DNA of 26,281 nucleotides from the NCBI GenBank assembly GCA_046758365.1, contig JBHIAC010000029.1:1-26281 (forward strand), given 5' to 3'. Under the pieces are notes generated by a model, which was not told the DNA's origin, ran no database searches, and saw only the letters and a list, made by a program, of their open reading frames with translations. Made by a program: the position numbers and the translations under genes. Shown here piece by piece: positions 18,128 through 26,281 of this stretch (position 1 is its first letter; every line of letters starts with the position of its first letter). Source of the stretch: a bacterium. GTDB taxonomy: Bacteria; Zhuqueibacterota; Zhuqueibacteria; Oceanimicrobiales; Oceanimicrobiaceae.

Positions 18128-18476
18128 ATATAGAGTAATCCTTTGGAGTTAGTCAATGGGAGCGCGGGATAATATTGAAATCTGAAATGTATTGGTATAT
18201 TACTATATTATCAGATTGATCTTAGCGCGGTGAAGCCACAATTCAATTAAAGCAATAACCAGGAATTTCAGCTAAAACCAACAGATAGAAACAACCCAAC
18301 GGATGGAAAAACTAAAAAAAATATCCGTTGGAAGTATATTTTGGCAGTAATTCTTTTGCACAAAAAACAAAGATTTGTTTGATAATACTATAGCGCCTTA
18401 ATTGAAAATATATCACAAAAAAGCAGTTATTTTATTTTAAGTAGGTCTTTTTATTTATAGCTGATGATTTTAAAAA

Positions 18477-18890
18477 TCAAATATGGTTCAAAACCCCGGA
18501 AACTCTGGCTATCATTTTATCGAATCTTTGAACAACTAAATCACGAAGTTTGGCTGGTAAAAAGGGTTTTTGGAGAAATCCAAGGAGCTTCAGGTCCGCT
18601 AAACTTGACTCCATCATGTTAGGATTAGCCGCGCTCATGAGGACGGTTTCGCATTTTGGGTTGTTTCGCTTGGCGGCTTTTAAGACATCTATACCATCAA
18701 TATGAGGCAATCGGTAGTCGCTGATTACCAGGTCGTACTTTCTTTTTGATAACAGCTCAAGGGCCGAGCGCCCGTCATCGGCGATGTCTATTTGGTAGTT
18801 TGAGTTCCGGAGGGCCAACTTTGCGAGTTCGGCAAAGGACAGGTCATCCTCTACGATCAGCACTCTTTTCTTTTCCATTTTTTCACCCAT
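18477..18890 (-). CDS. Single-domain response regulator (receiver only)
   Basis: VLIVEDD, DLVISDYRLP (phosphoacceptor Asp), LMSA and FLQKPF; alternative ATG at 18878. Confidence 0.92.
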   Translation of the reverse strand: MGEKMEKKRVLIVEDDLSFAELAKLALRNSNYQIDIADDGRSALELLSKRKYDLVISDYRLPHIDGIDVLKAAKRNNPKCETVLMSAANPNMMESSLADLKLLGFLQKPFLPAKLRDLVVQRFDKMIARVSGVLNHI

Positions 18891-18911
18891 TTAATTTTAA
18901 TTTAAACATCT

Positions 18912-18927
18912 TGCAAACGTTATGCCA
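18912..18927 (-). promoter_or_regulatory. Sigma54 (-24/-12) promoter
   Basis: Minus strand TGGCATAACGTTTGCA has exact GG-N10-GC spacing, 21 nt upstream of the ATG at 18890. Confidence 0.72.
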
Positions 18928-19261
18928 TACTTCTTTCCCGCATTATTTCCTAATCTAACACGATTCATAATATGTTTATTTTTAAAGATTTAACCAGCAG
19001 CGACCCACCCGCTTTTCAACAATGTGAATGGCAAGGGAGCGAGTCATTATAGGCTCCAAAATAGTTGAAATTTGTTACATTGAGTCTTTTTGAACCATTT
19101 TCTCGAATGACGATGATGAGGCCCCTTAGAATCACTGTGGATATTTAGGATATTCTCTTAACCTTTTACTCCCATTGAAAGACCAATCCATGAGTCGTAT
19201 TTCAAACACCCCTAAGACAAAAGAAAGTCTTTAGTACAAATGCCCCCTTTTAAATTTTCCC

Positions 19262-19290
19262 TTGAACTTTGTCAACTTGCATATTATATT
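19262..19290 (+). promoter_or_regulatory. Probable sigma70-type promoter for galK
   Basis: TTGAAC-17 nt-TATATT, about 85 nt before the start codon. Confidence 0.5.
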
Positions 19291-19373
19291 TTGCTAGTCG
19301 TGTCCGACCGAAATTAGTGTTAAACAAAAACATTGAAATACGCTAATTAGCTTCTAAAACCTATGAGGAAATT

Positions 19374-20552
19374 ATGAATAATCAAAATGAAGACCTTATA
19401 TACGAAACCCTCACCCTATACCAAAACACCTTCCATGAAAATCCTGAAATTTGCGGCATAGCCCCAGGACGGGTCAATCTCATTGGTGAACATACGGATT
19501 ATAATGACGGCTTTGTTCTACCGGCGGCTATCAATAAATCCATTGTTATTGCAGCCTCCCTGCGCGAAGACCTTAAATTAGCGACGTACTCTGCTAGTGA
19601 TTCTATGCTTGTGGAAGCCCCCCTAGATAATCTCCAACCATCCGAGGAAGTTCTTTGGATAAATTACATAACAGGTGTTGCTTACTACTTGCAGCGCTCC
19701 GGGGATACCTTACAAGGGGCTAATCTTTTCATCAAGGGAGATATTCCGCAAGGGGCTGGGTTGAGCTCCTCGGCAGCTCTGGAAATGGCTGCAGCCTTCA
19801 CGTTTTTGTCACTTAATAATTTACAACATCCCGAACTGGAAATCATCCAAATGTGTCAGCAAGCCGAAAACGAATTCGTTGGGGTGCCGTGCGGCATTAT
19901 GGACCAGTTCATAAGCTGCTTGGGAAAGAAAAATCACGCCTTATTTTTAGATTGTAGAAAGCTCGACTATGAATACGTCCCTATTCCAGGTAATACCAAG
20001 TTGCTAGTGTGCGATACTGGGATAAAACGGGAACTGGTGACTTCGGAATACAATCGCCGCCGAGAGGAATGTCAAATTGGTGTGCAACAGTTATCCTCAG
20101 CGCTCTCAGGAATCCGCGCTTTGCGGGATGTTTCACTGGAACAATTTAGTGAGCATCAAAATCTATTGAGTCTAACCATTCGAAAACGCTGCTATCATGT
20201 GATTGCAGAAAACGAGCGAGTCAAAAAATCTGTGCAAGCGTTAAAACGAGGGGACCTGGCCGCCTTCGGAAGTTTGATGTATCAATCCCATTTTAGTTTG
20301 AAAAATGATTATGAGGTTAGTACGGCAGAGCTGGACACTGTGGTGGACATTTGTGCTGAATGCGAGGGCGTGTACGGGGCTCGTATGACCGGGGCAGGAT
20401 TCGGAGGCTCCGCCATTTGTCTTGTTCAAGAAAATTACATGAATGAGGTCATAGCGCGGCTAAACGACGAATACCCCAAAAAAACCGGTGGAACCCTTTC
20501 CATTTATGGATGTAGTATCGAGGATGGGGTTAAAATAGCTGAAATTGAATAA
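19374..20552 (+). CDS. galK: Galactokinase
   Basis: APGRVNLIGEHTDYNDG, PQGAGLSSSAA, CGIMDQ and GARMTGAGFGG. Confidence 0.97.
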   Translation: MNNQNEDLIYETLTLYQNTFHENPEICGIAPGRVNLIGEHTDYNDGFVLPAAINKSIVIAASLREDLKLATYSASDSMLVEAPLDNLQPSEEVLWINYITGVAYYLQRSGDTLQGANLFIKGDIPQGAGLSSSAALEMAAAFTFLSLNNLQHPELEIIQMCQQAENEFVGVPCGIMDQFISCLGKKNHALFLDCRKLDYEYVPIPGNTKLLVCDTGIKRELVTSEYNRRREECQIGVQQLSSALSGIRALRDVSLEQFSEHQNLLSLTIRKRCYHVIAENERVKKSVQALKRGDLAAFGSLMYQSHFSLKNDYEVSTAELDTVVDICAECEGVYGARMTGAGFGGSAICLVQENYMNEVIARLNDEYPKKTGGTLSIYGCSIEDGVKIAEIE

Positions 20553-20622
20553 CGGATATTATAGGATTATTAGTCAAATCTTTGTTTTTGTGCAAAAAAA
20601 TATTATCCAAAAAGGGCCGCAC

Positions 20623-20659
20623 GGCAACAAGGAAATAAGGATATAGGGATATAAGGATT
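20623..20659 (+). repeat. Degenerate 8-bp tandem repeat
   Basis: GGCAACAA GGAAATAA GGATATAG GGATATAA GGATT. Confidence 0.55.
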
Positions 20660-20670
20660 ACTTATTTTAC

Positions 20671-22458
20671 ATGACTGAAAAACCTTATACCTTGAGCAAA
20701 TTGATAGTAACTTTAAATTTCATATTTTTTCTCCTACTTCCACTCTTTTCTTTTTCAAAACCAGCATCGAAAGTAACCCTCCACGTCTCAAGCTGGGCGG
20801 ACTCTAAAGGGGAAATTGCGGCAGATAAAAGAATACTGCAAGAGTTTATGAATAAGCATCCCAATGTGGAGATTTTTTACGAACCGACGATATCATTCCA
20901 AACTTATGAGCAGAAGATTCTTACCAGCATCGTTGCAGGCTCGCCTCCCGATGTCTTTCTTCTCGACTCGAAAATTATTCCAAGTTTTATTAAAAAAGGC
21001 GTCCTCATTGATTTGATGCCTTATGTACAAAGACTCGGCATCGATTTGAATACTTACTTCCCAAACGTCCTGAGGATCGCTCAGCGGAAGTCATCCCTTA
21101 ATGTCTTCCCAAAAGATTTCACGCCCCTCGTCATTTCCTTTAATAAAAAGCTTTTCGACCAGGAGGGCATGCCTTATCCCCGCTCTGATTGGACCTGGGA
21201 GGATTTTCTCGCCACGGCCCAAAGACTTACCAAGGACACCGATGGCGATGGCAAGCTTGACCAATTCGGCGCTATGGTGCCAAATGCTTTTTATTATTGG
21301 ATTCCTTTTGTCTGGATGAACGGCGGCGATGTCTTAAGTTCCGATGGACGAAGAGCGTCTGGTTATTTTAATTCACCCGCGACAGAAAAAGCTTTGCAAT
21401 TCGTTATCAACTTGCAACGAAAATATAAAGTCTCCCCCTACACGGGATCTCACGGGCAGTCGGAACGTTCGGGACTTATAAATTCGTTATTTTTTAGTAA
21501 TCGTATTGGTATGCGAATTGATGGACACTGGTCGTTGACCAGATATTTGCCATTCATCAAAAGCGGGGAACTGGACATCGGCGTTGCTCCTTTACCTTAT
21601 CCAAAAACTGGGAAAAAGGTCAACGTCATGTACGAGGCCGGTTGGTGCGTCCCCAAAAACACCTCTTATCCGGAACTTGCTGTTGAATTGGCGGCGTTTC
21701 TTTCGGATGAAACAGCTTGCAGAATCCGAAGTGAATTGGGTCTCGCCATTCCTGCAGTAAAATCTGTAGCGGCTGAACAAGCTGCAAAGGACTCGTTGGG
21801 TATCGAACAAGTCTTTGTTGAGGAAGTCCAGTACTGCCGTCAGCCATGGGGAACCTTGGTTGAACGCTTTTCCGAATTAGAATTGATATTTCAAGACGCT
21901 GTCGATGATGTGCTTATAAATGGCAAACCCATCCATGAAAGTTTTACTCGTTATGCAATTCGAGTTGACGCAAAACTTAATCAAATTTGGTCGTTAAAAT
22001 CCTTTAAGTTGGGGATCCTCAAAGGCCACACGGAAATATTGAATTTTTTATTCGGCGTCTGTGCTGTTGCTTTGGCCTTTGGACTTTACGGCATTTTTAT
22101 GACTGGTTTGCAGGGCATTCCAGAATTTTTGTACGAGGCCGCGATAATCGACGGTGCCTCGCCCTGGCAGCGGTTCAAAAACATTACCCTGCCACTGTTG
22201 AAACCGACCACATTTTTTATTCTTGTTACTTCCTTCATTGGGTCATTTCAAGTGTTCACGTCAATTTTTATAATGACTGGCGGTGGCCCTGCACGAAGCA
22301 CCGATGTTATCGTGTTTCATATTTATCAAGCAGCCTGGGATAATCTTCGTATGGGTTACGCCTCTGCCATGTCCATAGTGCTTTTTGTAATTATCATGTT
22401 CGCAACCTGGCTTCAGTTTCGATTGATGGGCAAGAAAGTGGAGTATGGTTATTTTTAA
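20671..22458 (+). CDS. Sugar ABC solute-binding protein fused to the C-terminal half of a MalF-like permease (apparent in-frame deletion)
   Basis: Signal peptide; SBP motifs PPDVFLLD, FNKKLFD, WTWEDF and DTDGDG; one TM helix, then directly GLQGIPEFLYEAAIIDGAS (EAA loop), TGGGP and GYASAMS. Confidence 0.85.
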   Translation: MTEKPYTLSKLIVTLNFIFFLLLPLFSFSKPASKVTLHVSSWADSKGEIAADKRILQEFMNKHPNVEIFYEPTISFQTYEQKILTSIVAGSPPDVFLLDSKIIPSFIKKGVLIDLMPYVQRLGIDLNTYFPNVLRIAQRKSSLNVFPKDFTPLVISFNKKLFDQEGMPYPRSDWTWEDFLATAQRLTKDTDGDGKLDQFGAMVPNAFYYWIPFVWMNGGDVLSSDGRRASGYFNSPATEKALQFVINLQRKYKVSPYTGSHGQSERSGLINSLFFSNRIGMRIDGHWSLTRYLPFIKSGELDIGVAPLPYPKTGKKVNVMYEAGWCVPKNTSYPELAVELAAFLSDETACRIRSELGLAIPAVKSVAAEQAAKDSLGIEQVFVEEVQYCRQPWGTLVERFSELELIFQDAVDDVLINGKPIHESFTRYAIRVDAKLNQIWSLKSFKLGILKGHTEILNFLFGVCAVALAFGLYGIFMTGLQGIPEFLYEAAIIDGASPWQRFKNITLPLLKPTTFFILVTSFIGSFQVFTSIFIMTGGGPARSTDVIVFHIYQAAWDNLRMGYASAMSIVLFVIIMFATWLQFRLMGKKVEYGYF

Positions 22459-22489
22459 AAACAAACGCAAAGTCTTATAGAAAACAGAA

Positions 22490-23311
22490 ATGAAAAAATA
22501 CTTCACTCATACACTAATTTACGCAGCACTTCTTCTTCTCGCCGTTTCCATGCTGCTGCCCTTCTGGTGGATGGTCTCCACATCGCTGATGACCGAGTTA
22601 GAGGTTTTCCAGTATCCACCCAATCTGTTTCCAGAGAAACCCCAATGGGCGAATTATCTTGAAGCCATGACCCTGCAACCCTTTGGACGATTTTTTCTGA
22701 ATACCACAATTATAACAGCATTTTCTGTTTTGGGGCAACTGATTTTTTGCTCCATGGCCGCCTATGCCTTTGCTCGGCTGCGCTTTCGGTGGCGAGATAA
22801 AATATTTGCCCTTTATTTGTCCACCATGATGATTCCGGCTATCGTTACTCTCATTCCAGCTTTCCTGATCATTAATGCATTTGGCTGGATGAACACATTT
22901 TATGCGCTGATTACGCCGTACCTTTCGAGTGTCTGGGGCATTTTTCTCCTTCGGCAATTTTTCCTCACCATCCCTAAAGATTTAGAAGATGCAGCCCGTA
23001 TCGATGGGGCCAATGAATTTACCATTTACTGGCGCATAGTGATGCCGTTGTCCAAACCGGCCTTAGCGACTCTCGCCATCTTCGCATTTATGGCTAGTTG
23101 GAAAGATTTCCTCTGGCCTTTGATAGTCACAAACCAAATGGAGATGCGTCCGGTTGAAGTGGGCATCGCGGCTTTTAGCAGTATGTACAAAACCGACTGG
23201 ACTCATCAGATGGCCGCAGCCGTCGTGGTGATGCTGCCGATTGTTGTAGTTTTCTTTTTGACCCAACGTTATTTTATAAAAGGAATTACACTAACCGGGT
23301 TGAAGGGGTGA
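22490..23311 (+). CDS. Carbohydrate ABC permease (MalG-like)
   Basis: LPFWWMVSTSL, FLLRQFFLTIPKDLEDAARIDGA, WKDFLWPL and QRYFIKG. Confidence 0.95.
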   Translation: MKKYFTHTLIYAALLLLAVSMLLPFWWMVSTSLMTELEVFQYPPNLFPEKPQWANYLEAMTLQPFGRFFLNTTIITAFSVLGQLIFCSMAAYAFARLRFRWRDKIFALYLSTMMIPAIVTLIPAFLIINAFGWMNTFYALITPYLSSVWGIFLLRQFFLTIPKDLEDAARIDGANEFTIYWRIVMPLSKPALATLAIFAFMASWKDFLWPLIVTNQMEMRPVEVGIAAFSSMYKTDWTHQMAAAVVVMLPIVVVFFLTQRYFIKGITLTGLKG

Positions 23312-23434
23312 ATTGTGAAATATGGTAATTAAGGCGATAGATTCAGTCGCAGCCAATTTAAGTGAAGGATATGGTAGATTTTTTTACAAAGAAAATAAAT
23401 CCCGACATGCGTCAGGATTATTATAGCAAAGAGA

Positions 23435-23546
23435 AATGACACTAAATGACGGCGAAGCCAAATGAAGCGCAGCAAATGACAGCAACGCGTAATGGCTATT
23501 AATGACGACGAAGTCAATGACCTATTGACAGCGAAAGCGTAATGAC
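23435..23546 (+). repeat. Array of nine AATGAC-like hexamers with mini-hairpin spacers
   Basis: Units at 23435, 23445, 23461, 23475, 23491, 23501, 23516, 23524 and 23541; spacers include GGCGAAGCC, GACGAAGTC and GCGAAAGC. Confidence 0.7.
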
Positions 23547-23570
23547 AATTAACCATCAATTGGAGATATC

Positions 23571-26132
23571 ATGAAAGTAATTTTATGCCTACTTCTTATA
23601 CTCATGCCTCTAACATCATTAGGCCAAAACAGTTTTATTCCCGCTTTTGAGCTGGAACCTAATGATATCGAACTGACTCGACTTGCCCGGCCATCGACTT
23701 ATTTCGATAAAGTGGGAAGAAAATTCGCTATTCTTGGATTTGAGAGCGGTACCTTCGAATCTTGGGCTTATCCTTTGAAGCTGCTTCGAAATTTTGAATT
23801 TTCATTTTTTATTGGCAGCTCCACCGAACCGATTAAAGGGAAAGATATAGTCCGCTATATTTCTGTAACCCCAGAAGCCACTACCCTAACATTCACGTAT
23901 CAGTCCTTCACCGTGAGAGCTATCTACGTGACTCCTATTCAAGAGCCAGGCGCCATCATTTTTCTCGACGTGAACACCACCGAGCCCCTCACCATGGTGT
24001 GTAGTTTTATTCCCGTCCTACAACCCATGTGGCCCGCCGGTCTAGGAGGACAATATGCCTATTGGGATAAGGACCTAAAGGCCTATTTGATTTCGGAATC
24101 GTCAAAAAAGAACCATGCTTATGTGGGTTCGCCGGCTGCTTCGGGAATCTCCTATACACCAGCCCACATGCTCTCCGATACCCCAAATCAATTTAAAATC
24201 GAAATCAAAGAGATTAAGTCTGTCCAAGGCCAATACATTCCTGTCATACTTGCGGGAGGAAAAGGAAAACGGGAAGAGGTCAAAAAAGTGTATCAAAAGC
24301 TCTTGGAAAATCCCGAAAAGTTCTACCACGAGAACGTGACATACTATAAATATCTGCGCCAGAGCACCTTGCAGGTTGAAACGCCAAACCAAGAGCTTAA
24401 TCTCGCTTTTGAATGGGCTAAAGTGGCCTATGACAATTTAGTGGTTGAAAACCCTGATTTGGGCAAGGGTCTGGTTGCTGGTTTGGGCACTTCTGGCACA
24501 GGGGGACGGCCCGGCTTTGGCTGGTTTTTCGGCGGCGATGCTTTTATTAATTCCTTCAGCCTGAACAGTTACGGTGCTTTCTCAACCGTGCGGCAAACCC
24601 TAGCCTTCACCCAAAAATGGCAGCGTGAAGATGGAAAGATGGCCCACGAACTGTCCCAAGCGGCCGGCTACATCAACTGGTTTCAGAATTATCCCTTTGG
24701 TTACATCCACGGGGATACGACCCCATATTACCTGGTTGCAATGTATGATTACTATAAAATGACCGGCGATGTGGAGTTCATCAAAAACAGTTGGAATTCG
24801 CTCAAACAAGCCTACGAGTGGTGTCTCTCCACCGATGAAAATGGGGACGGATTGATGGACAACAAAAAAGCTGGACTTGGGGCTCTGGAATTTGGCACCC
24901 TGACGGATATTCAGACTGATATTTATCTCGCCGCGGTCTGGGTACGGGCGACTTATGCTATGGAACCCCTGGCTTTGGCAGTGGGAGACAAGTCGTATGC
25001 CCAAAAAGCTAAAACGCAATTTCAAAAATCCCTAAAAGCCTACAATGAAAAATTTTGGGATCATGAATATCAGCATTACGCCTATGCCTTCAATGCCAAG
25101 GGAGAGCAGGTCAAAGAGGTCACGCCCTGGAGCGCCGTGGGATTAATGTGGGAGCTGGGTGCCCCGCAGCGCAGTGCCCGCACATTGGAGAAATTAAACT
25201 CGGCTGAACTTTCCACAGATTGGGGGATTCGCAGCATTTCTATCAAAAGCCATTTATTCGAGCCCCTCAACTATAATTACGGGGCGGTTTGGCCTTTTCT
25301 CACCAGTTGGGTAGCTACGGCACAGTACAAGCATCATTTTGCGCTGCAAGGATACAATTCTCTCATGTCCAGTGTGCGCCACACCTTTGACAATGCCCTC
25401 GGATCTGTTACAGAAGTATTCTCCGGGTATCAAAATATCTGGCCTCAGGAAGCGGTCCCTCATCAAGGATTCTGCACCGCGGCCGTTGTGCTACCCTTTG
25501 TGCGCGGCCTGCTCGGACTTGAAGGGGACGCTGTGAACAAGACGATCCTGTTTGCCCCGCATTTCCCGGCTGATTGGCGAACTGTTTCAATTAAAAATTA
25601 TCGGGTTGGACGAGAATCATTTTCCTTCGGCTACAAGAGAGAAAAAGGTAAGGTAATTCTCAAAACAAGCAATACACCGAATGAACTCTATACTTTACGT
25701 TTTGCCCCGGCTATAGGCATTGGAAGTAAAATAAAAGGCGTTGTAGTTAACGGAGAATCAGTGCCATTCAGGGAAACACTTTCATCGCAAACCATACAGC
25801 CGGTCATTGAATACCAGCTTAAAGAAAAGGCAACTGCTGAAGTTTTCTTTGAACCAACGGTGGAGCTTATCCCCCCGCTAATCGAAGCAAAAACTGGCGA
25901 ACCCAACAAAGGATTAAAAATTATCTCAATACAAAGAAGCAATAAAACCCTAAAAGTAGTAGTTGAGGGCCTGGCCAATGAAACTTATGAACTGAGGGTT
26001 GTGAATGAAAATAAAATTGCATCCATCTCAGGAGCACAACAAAAAGGGAATATTCTTAACATCAAAATGCATGCGGGAAAAGCGGGTGAGTTTGTTAGGC
26101 TTGAAGTAGTCATAATTGTGAACAGCAAGTAG
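23571..26132 (+). CDS. Secreted (alpha/alpha)6-barrel glycoside hydrolase, amylo-alpha-1,6-glucosidase/GDE-like
   Basis: RBS GGAG; signal peptide; RPGFGWFFGGDA, GKMAHEL, GDTTPYY, DENGDGL, STDWGIR, YNYGAVWPF and EVFSG. Confidence 0.8.
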   Translation: MKVILCLLLILMPLTSLGQNSFIPAFELEPNDIELTRLARPSTYFDKVGRKFAILGFESGTFESWAYPLKLLRNFEFSFFIGSSTEPIKGKDIVRYISVTPEATTLTFTYQSFTVRAIYVTPIQEPGAIIFLDVNTTEPLTMVCSFIPVLQPMWPAGLGGQYAYWDKDLKAYLISESSKKNHAYVGSPAASGISYTPAHMLSDTPNQFKIEIKEIKSVQGQYIPVILAGGKGKREEVKKVYQKLLENPEKFYHENVTYYKYLRQSTLQVETPNQELNLAFEWAKVAYDNLVVENPDLGKGLVAGLGTSGTGGRPGFGWFFGGDAFINSFSLNSYGAFSTVRQTLAFTQKWQREDGKMAHELSQAAGYINWFQNYPFGYIHGDTTPYYLVAMYDYYKMTGDVEFIKNSWNSLKQAYEWCLSTDENGDGLMDNKKAGLGALEFGTLTDIQTDIYLAAVWVRATYAMEPLALAVGDKSYAQKAKTQFQKSLKAYNEKFWDHEYQHYAYAFNAKGEQVKEVTPWSAVGLMWELGAPQRSARTLEKLNSAELSTDWGIRSISIKSHLFEPLNYNYGAVWPFLTSWVATAQYKHHFALQGYNSLMSSVRHTFDNALGSVTEVFSGYQNIWPQEAVPHQGFCTAAVVLPFVRGLLGLEGDAVNKTILFAPHFPADWRTVSIKNYRVGRESFSFGYKREKGKVILKTSNTPNELYTLRFAPAIGIGSKIKGVVVNGESVPFRETLSSQTIQPVIEYQLKEKATAEVFFEPTVELIPPLIEAKTGEPNKGLKIISIQRSNKTLKVVVEGLANETYELRVVNENKIASISGAQQKGNILNIKMHAGKAGEFVRLEVVIIVNSK

Positions 26133-26281
26133 CGCTAAAGCATTTGCACGGATGCAGCTTATTTTGAATGATACCTATGGTGCAAGAACTTCAATGAGAA
26201 ATCTTGTACATGAACCTGGAAATCGTGTTGCCTCAAAATAAAATGTAACCCTGGGGGGTTATGATTCGAGGTTATTAAAAT

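Noticed and set aside
23435..23546. CRISPR array
   Set aside because: The repeat is only 6 nt, spacers are 2-11 nt, and no cas genes are present.
23329..23559. Minus-strand 76-aa ORF
   Set aside because: It spans the repeat array, opposes the operon, and has no recognisable motif.
841..25978. Numerous short antisense or alternate-frame ORFs (e.g. 9344..9739, 14883..15299, 15927..16154, 24600..25025)
   Set aside because: They are shadows of well-supported genes and carry no independent motifs.
26261..26281. Start of a next gene after GGGGGG
   Set aside because: ATG ATT CGA GGT TAT TAA stops after five codons.

Overview
Bacterial DNA with nearly all genes on the + strand. Lipoprotein and Tat signals, a sigma54 promoter and a solute-binding-protein (SBP)-permease fusion suggest a diderm, possibly KSB1/Calditrichota-like (inference only). 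Block 1 (1-11.1 kb) is a ribose/nucleoside/ADP-ribose scavenging locus: two ribokinases, a GRP/DMT sugar permease, exported nucleoside hydrolases (one CBM-like-PKD-PKD-NH), a lipoprotein ADP-ribosylglycohydrolase (ARH) and a SurA/PrsA-like lipoprotein. It is littered with deletion-fused remnants of more ARH genes, a third NH and a GH38. Block 2 (11.2-15.3 kb) is a Tat-exported PaoABC/YagTSR-like molybdenum hydroxylase. Block 3 (15.8-18.9 kb) has a pentapeptide-repeat protein with a probable TIR-like C-terminus, two hypotheticals and a stand-alone receiver protein behind a sigma54 promoter. Block 4 (19.4-26.1 kb) has galK, an SBP-permease fusion with an apparent in-frame deletion, a second permease and a secreted (alpha/alpha)6 glycoside hydrolase. 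Non-coding features include a covarying REP-like doublet and an AATGAC/mini-hairpin array. No rRNA, tRNA, CRISPR or transposase was seen.
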